This document shows positions 10,196 to 20,045 of a stretch of DNA of 64,000 nucleotides, one piece after another. The translations under genes and the position numbers were made by a program. The notes below the pieces were generated by a model. It ran no database searches, was not told the origin of the DNA, and was given only the letters and a program-made list of their open reading frames with translations. Numbering within the stretch: position 1 is the first letter of the stretch; each line of letters opens with the position of its first letter. This stretch comes from an uncultured virus (IMG/VR IMGVR_UViG_3300028008_002028) (lineage: Duplodnaviria; Heunggongvirae; Uroviricota; Caudoviricetes), in the IMG/VR virus record IMGVR_UViG_3300028008_002028; one strand, given 5' to 3'.

Positions 10196-11020
10196 TTGAG
10201 TGTACATGTAGAAACTGATATAGATTTTAATAGTGCATCTGACGAACAAATCAAAGAATTTGGAAGAAACATAGTTAGAGATAACATAGTTATAGTGCGT
10301 AATCAAACATTAGACGAATCTAGAATTTTACATATATGTGAAACAATTGGCAACGTACTAAAACCAAAACAGTTTTTTATGCATCCAGATTATCCAGGAT
10401 TATTTAGAGTTACGAACGAACGCCAGGACGGAGAAAAAATTGGTATCTTTGCCGATAAAGAACTAGACTGGCACAGTAATGGTAACGGAAGACCAAGCGG
10501 CAATGAAAGTTGTGTAGCACTTTATTGTATTAAACCAGGTGAGAATAGTATAACAAGTTTTTGTGATACACGTAAAGCATATAATGAATTACCAGATGAC
10601 ATTAGAGAAATAGTAGATGATGTAGATTGTAGATTTCAATTTAAGAATAATACATTTTACAAACTCGATGCTGGTGACAAAGAATTAAAAATGTTTGATA
10701 ATAAACGCATCTATCCTGACGGGGTTACAAAACCATTGGTGTATCAACATCCATATGATAATCAACATGGTTTGTATTTTACGTTTCATTACATTAGAGA
10801 AATGTGGAGACGCAATGGCGAAGAACTTGATCAAGCATGGCTAAAGGAATACCTAATGAATCATGTATTCCAAGATAAATATATCTGGCATCACAACGAT
10901 TGGCAGCCAGGTGATTTTGTGTTTATGGATCAATTTCATAGTATACACAAACGCAACGCTGTTGAAGGTGATCGATTCTTGTATAGGATAAGTTTTGATT
11001 ACGAACACATTTTTAACTAA
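10196..11020 (+). CDS. TauD/TfdA-family dioxygenase with atypical HxN motif
   Basis: WHSNG, TSFCDTRKAY, PLVYQHP, WQPGDFVFMDQFHSIHKR. Confidence 0.85.
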   Translation: MSVHVETDIDFNSASDEQIKEFGRNIVRDNIVIVRNQTLDESRILHICETIGNVLKPKQFFMHPDYPGLFRVTNERQDGEKIGIFADKELDWHSNGNGRPSGNESCVALYCIKPGENSITSFCDTRKAYNELPDDIREIVDDVDCRFQFKNNTFYKLDAGDKELKMFDNKRIYPDGVTKPLVYQHPYDNQHGLYFTFHYIREMWRRNGEELDQAWLKEYLMNHVFQDKYIWHHNDWQPGDFVFMDQFHSIHKRNAVEGDRFLYRISFDYEHIFN

Positions 11021-11056
11021 ATGTATAACTGAAAATATATATAGATAAATACTAAT

Positions 11057-11779
11057 ATGGAAAATACAACTAAACTTTTACTCAATCACACTTTTTGTCA
11101 CCTACTACTAATACCAGCTTTTATGTTTGGTGAGTGGTGGATGTGGCTCGCAGGATTTCTATGGTGGCAAGTAATTGCTATCGTGGCCATCAGTGGCGGG
11201 TATCATAGATACTACAGTCACTTTAGTTTTAAAGCAGGCAAATGGTATGAATATGCAGTAAACGTTCTCGGAATGTTTAGTGGAGCCGGACCTGCAATGA
11301 CTTGGGCAGGAACACACAGACAGCATCATGCATATTCAGATACAGAATTAGATCCACACAGTCATCATCTAAAAGGTAAATGGGCAGTATATGTTAATAC
11401 TTGGGGTTATGATTTTAAAATTAAACGCAAGTTTATTATGAGATTAATGCGTGATCCTGTATTACGTTGGTTCTACAATCATTATTTTAAATTGAACATT
11501 GCTATTATTGTAGTGTTTGCTCTTATTGATCCTATGTTATTAATCTTTGGATATGCAATGCCAGTAGTATTAGCATTTCATGGATATGGATTATTAAATG
11601 TATTGGGTCACAGAAATGCAAAACCTCATAACAGTTGGGTTGCTAATATACTTACAGCAGGTGAAGGCTGGCATTTAAATCATCACAGGCGTGCAGGAAG
11701 TCATAAGATTGGAGATAAGTGGTGGCAGTTGGATCCAACTGCTTGGTTTATCGCAGTAATACGTACAGACAAAGGTTAA
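11057..11779 (+). CDS. Membrane fatty-acid desaturase (delta-9-like)
   Basis: His boxes HRYYSH, HRQHH, GEGWHLNHH; TM helices. Confidence 0.9.
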   Translation: MENTTKLLLNHTFCHLLLIPAFMFGEWWMWLAGFLWWQVIAIVAISGGYHRYYSHFSFKAGKWYEYAVNVLGMFSGAGPAMTWAGTHRQHHAYSDTELDPHSHHLKGKWAVYVNTWGYDFKIKRKFIMRLMRDPVLRWFYNHYFKLNIAIIVVFALIDPMLLIFGYAMPVVLAFHGYGLLNVLGHRNAKPHNSWVANILTAGEGWHLNHHRRAGSHKIGDKWWQLDPTAWFIAVIRTDKG

Positions 11780-11782
11780 GTA

Positions 11783-12451
11783 ATGGCTGAAAAATGCATT
11801 ATAAAAGCAACAAAGCGTAGTAGAGTTCACGGCACAAATGGTCCACGTAGACATCAATTAAAAGAGTTTGGAACTATTGCTGACAGCGTACCAGCTGATG
11901 TTATCCAAGCAATATCAAACATAGCAGAAACATATGAAGGCGATGATTTGCGTGGCGACAATTATCAAATCTCACAACATTGTAATGTAAACGAAGCGTT
12001 TACAGCCTCAACATCATACAGACAAATATTACTACAAGAATTAAATGGTAGCGAAGATGGAGTCTTAGATGAAATCGATGAAACTAATTACTCAAGTTGG
12101 AGAACTGATATTGATACTAAAGCTATCGCAGAGTATCTAACAGCCACATTTAAACAGCCATATAGAGCTCGTATAAGCATTATGACAGGTGGCAATGAAC
12201 TTAACTATCATATTGATACAGATACAAGTGTACTATGCAGAGCGCAAATTCCAGTAAGCACACAAGGAAGTTTATTTCAATGGAAAACTAAAACTGGTGA
12301 AGTAGACTTGGATATGAAAATTGGTGAAGCATATTTTGTTAACACTGGTTGGCTACACAGAGTAGTAAACGCATCAGACAACACACGTATTGTATTAATA
12401 TTTGGTGTTGATTACAATAACATTCCGGATAAAGAAAATCTTCTACTATGA
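11783..12451 (+). CDS. Asp/Asn beta-hydroxylase-like 2OG-Fe(II) oxygenase
   Basis: RARIS...YHIDTD...NTGWLHRVVN...RIVLI. Confidence 0.75.
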   Translation: MAEKCIIKATKRSRVHGTNGPRRHQLKEFGTIADSVPADVIQAISNIAETYEGDDLRGDNYQISQHCNVNEAFTASTSYRQILLQELNGSEDGVLDEIDETNYSSWRTDIDTKAIAEYLTATFKQPYRARISIMTGGNELNYHIDTDTSVLCRAQIPVSTQGSLFQWKTKTGEVDLDMKIGEAYFVNTGWLHRVVNASDNTRIVLIFGVDYNNIPDKENLLL

Positions 12452-13179
12452 CCTATGTTGTAAAAAACGATTGGACATTTGACGTAGAAAGGATGCAAGC
12501 ACAAACACAGGAACTTATTTCTGTTGTAAATCAAGTTGGATCAGAAAAAGATGGACTTGGTGGCATCTCATTAACAACACAAGACGGAACATTAGAAAGT
12601 GGATTTGGATTTACTTTAGGTATACAATTACCTCCATTCCACGAACAAGAATATGGTTCTGCTCCTGATATTAAATTTAATTTAGATTTTGCTAAAGAAA
12701 ACAATGTATATCACATGCTTGATTATACAGTACCCACGATAGCATGCACTGGTTATTTCAAAGAAATAATTGACTTCCTGTATGAGAAAAATATGAATCC
12801 GTGTAGATGTAGACTTTCGTGTTTACCAGCTGGAGAAAATTTTGGTAGACATACAGACGGCGGCGGATTTAAGATTCACATTCCCATATACACAAAAGGA
12901 ACACGTTGGACAACTGATGATGGAGACTCTGAGGCAATGATAGAAGGTGTAAGCTACATAGCAGATGTAACTCCATATCATTCTGTAACCAATACAAGTG
13001 ACCAAGACAGATGGCATTTTATTGCAGATGTTTATGATACTGATGGGAATTTTTCAATAGGAAAACTAACACAACAAGAACTAGAACTAGAACGTGAGAA
13101 TGCAATGCTATGGAGAGATTATGTAGATGGAAAGCGTACTAGTCCAAATTCTATTAAACTATTCCATTCAAATTTATAG
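12448..13179 (+). CDS. Asp/Asn beta-hydroxylase-like 2OG-Fe(II) oxygenase
   Basis: RCRLS...HTDG...KIHIPI...YHSVTN...DRWHFI. Confidence 0.75.
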   Translation: MTYVVKNDWTFDVERMQAQTQELISVVNQVGSEKDGLGGISLTTQDGTLESGFGFTLGIQLPPFHEQEYGSAPDIKFNLDFAKENNVYHMLDYTVPTIACTGYFKEIIDFLYEKNMNPCRCRLSCLPAGENFGRHTDGGGFKIHIPIYTKGTRWTTDDGDSEAMIEGVSYIADVTPYHSVTNTSDQDRWHFIADVYDTDGNFSIGKLTQQELELERENAMLWRDYVDGKRTSPNSIKLFHSNL

Positions 13180-13208
13180 TTGACTTATACAAGAAAAGGC
13201 TGTATAAT
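13180..13208 (+). promoter_or_regulatory. Sigma70-type promoter
   Basis: TTGACT-N17 (ending TG)-TATAAT. Confidence 0.75.
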
Positions 13209-13240
13209 GTATGCATATGTACAATTATATAGGGCAAGCT

Positions 13241-14263
13241 ATGACACTAGGCAAGGTAGGTTTTGCGTGTAAATATTTACACCACGACCAGACACAGAAG
13301 AAAAAACTACTCGAGGAAATACAACGTCCTCTCACAGAAAAATCTACAACTATTCGTTGGCTTAACAACCAGACACGTGACGTAGCCGAACAACGGCTAT
13401 ATGACATTATGGTTCACAACACACAGGCAGTTTACAACCTTGTTGAATATGTAGGCAACTTGCCCGAACATCAGCGTATGGTTCGACTAGGTAGCAATCA
13501 GCTTCCTGCCGCAACACACCCAGACTGGAAATACTTTTGGCAACTGCCCGAGATACGTGATTACGCTGCTAAATATTATGGTCGTGCAGGCGAACTTGCA
13601 CGTGAACTAGGTGTGCGTCTTAGTATGCACCCAGGTCAGTTTGTGGTATTGGCAAGCGACAATCCAGAAATTGTAGAACGCAGTATAGAGGAGTTCGAAT
13701 ATCATGCGGATATCATCAGGTGGATGGGTTATGGTAAAGAGTGGCAAGACTTCAAGTGTAACGTCCACATCTCCGGTAGACAAGGTCCAGCCGGTATCAA
13801 AGCCGCACTTCAACGATTATCTACAGAAGCACGAAACTGTATCACTATTGAAAACGACGAAAACAAGTGGGGTTTGGATTCTAGCTTAGAACTAGAAAAA
13901 GATGTTGCACTAGTTATTGACATACACCATCATTGGTGTCACAGTGCAGGCGAATACATTAGCCCTAACGATGATAGAGTTAAGCGTGTTATTGATAGCT
14001 GGCGTGGTGTTAGACCTGCTATGCATTACAGTGTATCACGTGAAGATATACTTGTAGGCCATAGTGCTACAGAACTACCCGACTTTGGATCTTTGCTTGA
14101 TCAGGGGTTTAAGAAAGCCAAATTGCGGGCACACAGCGACTTTATGTGGAACACTGCCGTTAACGAGTGGGCAGGTGGATTCCGTAAAGACTTTGATATT
14201 ATGGTAGAGGCTAAGATGAAAAACTTGGCTAGTATACCGTTTGAAGAGATTACAAATGGATAA
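13241..14263 (+). CDS. uvsE: UV-damage endonuclease (UvsE/UVDE)
   Basis: GFACKY, RLSMHPGQF, NVHISG, IENDE, DIHHH, HYS, AHSD, MVEAKMK; start may be 13217. Confidence 0.92.
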   Translation: MTLGKVGFACKYLHHDQTQKKKLLEEIQRPLTEKSTTIRWLNNQTRDVAEQRLYDIMVHNTQAVYNLVEYVGNLPEHQRMVRLGSNQLPAATHPDWKYFWQLPEIRDYAAKYYGRAGELARELGVRLSMHPGQFVVLASDNPEIVERSIEEFEYHADIIRWMGYGKEWQDFKCNVHISGRQGPAGIKAALQRLSTEARNCITIENDENKWGLDSSLELEKDVALVIDIHHHWCHSAGEYISPNDDRVKRVIDSWRGVRPAMHYSVSREDILVGHSATELPDFGSLLDQGFKKAKLRAHSDFMWNTAVNEWAGGFRKDFDIMVEAKMKNLASIPFEEITNG

Positions 14264-14351
14264 TTGGATGATAGTAATTGGTATAACTATATTTGCACTA
14301 AGCTATCTATTTTTTGTATATAAATTTTTTGAAAATAAACATGACAAATAA
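14256..14351 (+). CDS. 31-aa single-TM peptide (below ORF track cutoff)
   Basis: MDNWMIVIGITIFALSYLFFVYKFFENKHDK bridges uvsE and next gene. Confidence 0.45.
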   Translation: MDNWMIVIGITIFALSYLFFVYKFFENKHDK

Positions 14352-14913
14352 CATATGGTTAATAAGCGACACACATTTCAATCAAGCAACTATGTTGGAG
14401 TTTACTGATTGGTCAGGTAAACAAACAAGACCAGGATTCCGTGATGTAGAACACATGGATGATCTAATGATAGACAACTGGAACAGCGTTGTTAAACCTG
14501 AAGATACAATATATCATTTAGGTGATTTAGTTGCTGGTCCTAATCCAGAAAAGTGGATGACATATAACTGGCATAGACTAAATGGTAATAAAAGATTAGT
14601 AGTTGGCAATCACGATGATATAGAATTCCTAAGTGTTGGCGGCTTCTTTGAGAAAATTGAATACTGGAAAGTATTAATAGAATTTGGTATTATATTATCA
14701 CATGCACCGTTGCATAGAGATGCACTAGTTCGACCCAAAGCAGAACATGGTGATCGAGCAGTAGATAAAAAGAACATGGACCTTTGGGCAGAAACAACAA
14801 ATGTGCATGGACATGTTCACAGTAATCCTAGTCCAGAAGGACCTTATAGGTGTGTGAGTGTAGAACAAATAAACTATACACCTATTAACATTGAAGAAGT
14901 GAGGGTCACATGA
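14341..14913 (+). CDS. Calcineurin-like metallophosphoesterase
   Basis: SDTH, HLGD, GNHD, SHAP, HGHVH motifs. Confidence 0.9.
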   Translation: MTNNIWLISDTHFNQATMLEFTDWSGKQTRPGFRDVEHMDDLMIDNWNSVVKPEDTIYHLGDLVAGPNPEKWMTYNWHRLNGNKRLVVGNHDDIEFLSVGGFFEKIEYWKVLIEFGIILSHAPLHRDALVRPKAEHGDRAVDKKNMDLWAETTNVHGHVHSNPSPEGPYRCVSVEQINYTPINIEEVRVT

Positions 14914-15176
14914 ATGACAACAAGCCAAAACCACCGCTACCCACAGTACAACAACTAGCACAAATATCAATGGCAGCCGAAGAAGGCGATCCATTTGATT
15001 GGGGTTCATTAAACATAGACAAACAAGCCGCATATGAGATGATGGCTTCACATGCATTGGAATTATATGCAACTCAAGGTCCATACAGAGATATTATTCT
15101 ATTATCTTCGCTGACAAAAGCAATTGTAGAGAATTTTATTCTAAACATAAGACTGAAACAATACGAAGAACAATAA
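14910..15176 (+). CDS. Hypothetical protein
   Basis: ATGA overlap with upstream gene. Confidence 0.6.
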   Translation: MNDNKPKPPLPTVQQLAQISMAAEEGDPFDWGSLNIDKQAAYEMMASHALELYATQGPYRDIILLSSLTKAIVENFILNIRLKQYEEQ

Positions 15177-15226
15177 ATGTAAAGCATTGGCATAAATACA
15201 AGTAATAAGAAATACGGAGTTATACA

Positions 15227-16120
15227 ATGCGATTACACAATTTATTTGAATCAACCACACCAGAATCACTAACAGAAGATATCATTGATATTGAACTTAC
15301 TGAAGATTTTGCTATCGAAGGCAGAATATTAGAGTTTACCGAAGATGGTGGAGCAATTATTGAGCTTGATGATCAAGCACAAGAACTAGTTGATCTAGAC
15401 GAAGAAACCCTTAATGAATTTATACCATTAGCAATTGGTGCCGCGGCAGCAGGTGTAACAGCCTATGACGCCTATAAAAATTATAAGCAATACAAAGCAG
15501 GTAAAATTACAAAAGGTGAATTTGCAAAGCGTGTAGGAGTTGATGCAGCTATTGGATTAGCAACAGGCGGCGCAGCTAAGTTAATTGGCAAAGGTGCTAG
15601 TGCAGTTAAGAATGCATTTAAATCAAACAAACAAGCAACTGTTCCAACTAGCAAGCCAGGAAGTGTACAGCCAGGTGATATAGCAGGTCCACCAAGACCA
15701 CCAGCAAGTGCAGCAGATGATATAGTTCCACCAAAGAAAAAAGGTGGAAAAGCTAAAGCAGCCGGTAGAGCAAGTAGAGCAGGCATGAACACTGGCATGA
15801 ACCGAAGTGGATATGATAACCCATTACAAAGAGCAGTAGGAAACATTACTACTTCGTTTGAATCAGAAGAGTTTGTTGACGAAGCAGAATACCAAGGACG
15901 TAAAGTTAAACTAGGCAAACCTATGGCAGGTGATGTTAAGAAGTTTAAAGTATATGTTAAGAATCCAAAAGGTAATGTAGTTAAAGTTAACTTTGGACAA
16001 AAAGGCGTTAAGATCAAAAAGAACAATCCAGCAAGACGCAAGAGCTTTAGAGCAAGACACAACTGTAGTAATCCAGGTCCACGTCATAAGGCACGTTATT
16101 GGTCATGTCGTAAGTGGTAA
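15227..16120 (+). CDS. Putative head-packaged modular protein with basic Cys/His C-terminal domain
   Basis: MRLHNLFE leader; TAAATA at 15193; C-terminal RRKSFRARHNC...ARYWSC domain. Confidence 0.6.
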   Translation: MRLHNLFESTTPESLTEDIIDIELTEDFAIEGRILEFTEDGGAIIELDDQAQELVDLDEETLNEFIPLAIGAAAAGVTAYDAYKNYKQYKAGKITKGEFAKRVGVDAAIGLATGGAAKLIGKGASAVKNAFKSNKQATVPTSKPGSVQPGDIAGPPRPPASAADDIVPPKKKGGKAKAAGRASRAGMNTGMNRSGYDNPLQRAVGNITTSFESEEFVDEAEYQGRKVKLGKPMAGDVKKFKVYVKNPKGNVVKVNFGQKGVKIKKNNPARRKSFRARHNCSNPGPRHKARYWSCRKW

Positions 16121-16124
16121 TCCC

Positions 16125-16664
16125 ATGTTCATTAGGGAGATTACCGAAAACCTAATAGTCGAAAGTTTAACAGCACAACAAATGCTGAACAAACTGTCAA
16201 ATGAAATGCAAGGCACACATACAGGTGCAATGGATCCAAACTCTGATTGGTCAAAGTTTGTTCTATCTCATAAAGGTTTTACACTAAAAGATATACAAGT
16301 CGACCAGATTCCAACCGCTGTTAACAGTGACGGAATGAGTCAAGACAATATTGAAAAATATAAACAAGCAGACACATCTCAATTTCCACCTATGGTAATA
16401 GGCAACAATGGATATCTATTAGATGGTAACCATAGACTTCAAGCATACAAGGCACAAGGTATTAAAACAGTCAAAGCCTACATAGGCGAAAACTTTGCTG
16501 ACGGTAAGAAAAAAGGCAAAAGCAGACCAGGGCGTGTAAAACGTAGTGGTGCTAGTTGCAATGGTAGTGTAACAGAACTAAGAGCCAAAGCAAAAAAAGC
16601 CAGCGGTGAGAAAGCAAAAATGTATCACTGGTGTGCTAATATGAAATCAGGTAAGAAGAAATGA
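16125..16664 (+). CDS. ParB/Srx-like domain protein with basic C-terminal module
   Basis: PPMVI...LLDGNHRLQA; start reassigned to MFIREITE. Confidence 0.7.
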   Translation: MFIREITENLIVESLTAQQMLNKLSNEMQGTHTGAMDPNSDWSKFVLSHKGFTLKDIQVDQIPTAVNSDGMSQDNIEKYKQADTSQFPPMVIGNNGYLLDGNHRLQAYKAQGIKTVKAYIGENFADGKKKGKSRPGRVKRSGASCNGSVTELRAKAKKASGEKAKMYHWCANMKSGKKK

Positions 16665-16912
16665 ATGTAAGCAAAGAAAACATTTGGCATTTTACTTGTG
16701 ATCATTGCAAAGGTTTTTGGAGTGTAGCGACTATGGATAACTGGAAGCCTACAAATTTGTATTGCACTCATTGTGGTAAACAAAATAAAAATGACATGTG
16801 TTCATGTGGACATAAAATTGTAAATTGTGATTGTGCACCAGGATGTAAATGCGAATGTAATAAGCGTTATTTAGATTCCGAAACAAGTTTTGATATGGAA
16901 AAATATACGTGA
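16661..16912 (+). CDS. Cys-rich zinc-ribbon / metallothionein-like protein
   Basis: CDHC, CTHC, then CSC...CDC...CKCEC. Confidence 0.6.
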   Translation: MNVSKENIWHFTCDHCKGFWSVATMDNWKPTNLYCTHCGKQNKNDMCSCGHKIVNCDCAPGCKCECNKRYLDSETSFDMEKYT

Positions 16913-18090
16913 CATATCCAACAGCGTGTTCAAAGAGTTGGACAGATGTAAATGTAGATTTTAAACGAGGCACAATAGGCCATTGTTGTAAGTCTGTATA
17001 TTATGACTTCCCTGATGAATATACATCTGATTTTTTCACTAACAGTGAGCATATTCAAAAACGCAGACAAGATACTCTCAATGGTATTCAACATCCAGAT
17101 TGTCAATCATGTTGGAATGATATTAACAATGGAGTAACTCCATTTAAGGATTGGATGAACGATTGGGATAATTTTGACGATGTTAAACCAACTGAACCAC
17201 ATGTTAATTACATTGAAGTAGACTTAGACAACACTTGTGATTTAAGTTGTTTATATTGCAGTGCTGATGCAAGTAGTAAAATTGCACAAGAAGAAGGTAT
17301 AAAGGGTATTGATAATACACGAGAAAAAGATATTGAGAACTTTAAACTGTGGCTAAAAGATACAATCAATAATTCTACAACACATATACAACTTGCTTTT
17401 TTAGGTGGAGAACCTACAGCAAGTAAATTATTTTACGAAATAATTGATTATGTTACAACATTGGATGCCAGCAACGTCTTATTAAACATAACAACAAATT
17501 GTAACAGTAAGCCTCATCTTTTTAATAAATTATTAGATGCAATGGATAAATCTCAATGCATGTGGCAAATTAATATCAGCAACGAAAGTTATAAAGACGA
17601 TAGTGCATTAATTAGATATGGATTAGATTGGAATAGATTTGAACAAAATTTACGAGCTTATGCTTCACATAAAAAAGTAAAATATCTTAGTTTTGATGCT
17701 ACTATGACTAGTATTGCAATTCCTACATTCGCTAGATATATTCAATGGGTGTTAGATACAATGGCAGACTATACTAAAAAATTTAGTATAATAGGAGATG
17801 CAGTTTATTGGCCAAGTGAATTAGATGTAGCAATACTTCCTGAATCTTTTAAAACTCAAATGGATCAAGCAATACAACTAGTAAAAGAAAACCAATTACC
17901 TAACTATATAAATAAGGAAAATACTTTAGTATTTCTCGAAGGAATAAAGACCCGCATTGGTTCTAACTATCAAGAAGATTATAAGAATACAGTTGCACAG
18001 TTTTTAATACCAAAGCAAAAGTATAAAAAGACAGATAAACTTATGAGATTAGCAGATGCAATTGACGAACAAGATAATCTTGCAGGCTAA
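16909..18090 (+). CDS. Radical SAM protein with N-terminal SPASM/twitch-like region
   Basis: CDLSCLYC, GGEP; N-terminal C...CC...CQSC. Confidence 0.9.
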   Translation: MTYPTACSKSWTDVNVDFKRGTIGHCCKSVYYDFPDEYTSDFFTNSEHIQKRRQDTLNGIQHPDCQSCWNDINNGVTPFKDWMNDWDNFDDVKPTEPHVNYIEVDLDNTCDLSCLYCSADASSKIAQEEGIKGIDNTREKDIENFKLWLKDTINNSTTHIQLAFLGGEPTASKLFYEIIDYVTTLDASNVLLNITTNCNSKPHLFNKLLDAMDKSQCMWQINISNESYKDDSALIRYGLDWNRFEQNLRAYASHKKVKYLSFDATMTSIAIPTFARYIQWVLDTMADYTKKFSIIGDAVYWPSELDVAILPESFKTQMDQAIQLVKENQLPNYINKENTLVFLEGIKTRIGSNYQEDYKNTVAQFLIPKQKYKKTDKLMRLADAIDEQDNLAG

Positions 18091-18667
18091 ACCAACAGTT
18101 TGGATACCACACGTACCAAAAATAGCAGGCAAAAGCAGACACAGAATGCTCGTGAATGTCAATGAATACACAAGATGGGACCACGACAGAAATATAGGCA
18201 TACCATTAAAAAATAATATAGTAGCGGGTCATTCAGCTGTACTTGAAAACCCAGACTGGATTAAAATATTATTTGTAAGAGATCCAGTAGAACGTTTTTG
18301 GAGTTCGTATTATTATACTCGCCGTTATCATCCCAATATAGATTTAAGTGATTACCTTAAAGGTATAACTGCACCAATTCGTAGCTGGATTCAGTTTACT
18401 TCTACTATTGATTGGTTAACGTGGCAACAGAAATCAGCAAACTGTAATTGGCAATTAGATCTATACAAGTGGGATTATATTTTTACTATAAACGAGCTTG
18501 ATAAATTTAGAGAAGTTATGCAAGGGCTCGGATATGATCTAGATCCTGCTACTCATGTTAACTGCAATCCAGATGGCGATATAGACTATTCAAAACTAGA
18601 TACTCCTGAGCTAGAAGTGATAAATACTGAATATAAGTACTACACTGATTTAGGAGTAAAGTTATGA
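18056..18667 (+). CDS. Sulfotransferase-family protein
   Basis: HVPKIAGKS (5'-PSB-like) and VRDPVERFWSSY (3'-PB-like). Confidence 0.75.
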   Translation: MQLTNKIILQAKPTVWIPHVPKIAGKSRHRMLVNVNEYTRWDHDRNIGIPLKNNIVAGHSAVLENPDWIKILFVRDPVERFWSSYYYTRRYHPNIDLSDYLKGITAPIRSWIQFTSTIDWLTWQQKSANCNWQLDLYKWDYIFTINELDKFREVMQGLGYDLDPATHVNCNPDGDIDYSKLDTPELEVINTEYKYYTDLGVKL

Positions 18668-18891
18668 CACAAGATGATATTTATAGATTACAATATCTTG
18701 CAGGTATTATAGACAAGCAAGGTGATACTATAAAACCCACTGATGAATCTAACCTAAGTATTAATGGTAGTAAAAAAGGTCAATATATGCGTAAGCATAA
18801 TGTACAACCAGGAACTGACGAATGGTTTAAACTATGGTTCAGTAGACCAAAACTAACTGGTGAAGACCCTACACCAAAGCAAGGCGGATAA
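18664..18891 (+). CDS. Hypothetical protein
   Basis: SD AGGAG, TAAATA at 18621; RLQYLAGI and PGTDEWFKLWF motifs. Confidence 0.65.
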   Translation: MTQDDIYRLQYLAGIIDKQGDTIKPTDESNLSINGSKKGQYMRKHNVQPGTDEWFKLWFSRPKLTGEDPTPKQGG

Positions 18892-18892
18892 C

Positions 18893-20041
18893 ATGTTAAT
18901 TAACGAAGTAATTATCTTACAGGAAGAAACACTAGATATTAACTCTATTGTAACACCTGCGATCAAATACTTGGATAAAGTATTTAAAGATAATAACTTT
19001 GAAATACGTATTGTTGGCGGCGCAGTGCGTGACATTGCACTAAACAAATCACCCAAAGATATTGACTTTGCCTCAGATGCAACACCAGATGAAATGATTG
19101 CTATGTTTGATAAAGAAGCAATTAAATACATTCCCACAGGTTTACAGCACGGAACAATAACCGCAGTTGTAAACGGAGAAGATTTTGAAATCACAACACT
19201 AAGAGCAGACAAAGAAACAGACGGCAGACATGCTGAAGTTGAGTTTGTTAAGAGTTGGGAAGAGGATGCTAAACGCAGAGACTTAACATACAATGCTATG
19301 AGCATGGATATCGATGGCGAGCTATACGATTACCACGATGGCATGGACGATCTACAAAACAAAGTAAGTAAATTTGTAGGTGATCCAGAACAAAGAATTA
19401 CAGAAGATTATTTACGTATACTACGTTACTTCCGTTTCCAAGGCAGGTTAGCAGAGCCTACTTGGGATAAAGATACATTACAAGCAATTAAAAAACATGC
19501 TAAAGGACTATCTGGCGTAAGCGCCGAGAGAATATGGGCAGAAATGAGCAAAGCACTTTCAGGACAAAACGTTGCAAGTTTAGTATCTACAATGCACAAA
19601 ACAGGTGTAGCACAAGTAATAGGATTAAACGTAAGCAATTTAAGTGTAATAAAAGATGGTGGCAATCCAATTATAGCATTGGCACAACTAGATAACAGTG
19701 TAGATATTGCAAAGCGTTGGAAAATGAAAAACACAGAAGCAGAGTTATTGGGCTTTTTAGTTAAGCACAAAAACGATCCACTTGATCAAAAGAAAGTGGA
19801 AGATATGATTGCTGATGGTGTTAAGCGTGAGCTTATTACAGCACTAGCATCAATGCAAAACAAAAACGTAAACATAGATGCAAAAGTTCCAGACTTTCCT
19901 GTTAGTGGAGCAGACTTAATTGCTACAGGCATGAAGCCAGGACCAGACTTAGGTAAGAAACTTGCACAGTTAAAGCAACAATGGAAAGCTGGTAATTTTA
20001 AAGCCAGTAAGGAAGATTTGCTAAATACTAGTAAGGAGTAA
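18893..20041 (+). CDS. cca: CCA-adding tRNA nucleotidyltransferase (class II)
   Basis: VGGAVRD, DIDF, FEITTLR, DAKRRDLTYNAM, EDYLRILRYFRF, SAERIWAE; start reassigned to MLINEV. Confidence 0.92.
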   Translation: MLINEVIILQEETLDINSIVTPAIKYLDKVFKDNNFEIRIVGGAVRDIALNKSPKDIDFASDATPDEMIAMFDKEAIKYIPTGLQHGTITAVVNGEDFEITTLRADKETDGRHAEVEFVKSWEEDAKRRDLTYNAMSMDIDGELYDYHDGMDDLQNKVSKFVGDPEQRITEDYLRILRYFRFQGRLAEPTWDKDTLQAIKKHAKGLSGVSAERIWAEMSKALSGQNVASLVSTMHKTGVAQVIGLNVSNLSVIKDGGNPIIALAQLDNSVDIAKRWKMKNTEAELLGFLVKHKNDPLDQKKVEDMIADGVKRELITALASMQNKNVNIDAKVPDFPVSGADLIATGMKPGPDLGKKLAQLKQQWKAGNFKASKEDLLNTSKE

Positions 20042-20045
20042 CACA

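Noticed and set aside
18893..20041. Poly(A) polymerase PcnB instead of CCA enzyme
   Set aside because: The PcnB-specific G[RK]RF signature is not evident (GLQHGT instead); CCA is more likely but only an assay is decisive
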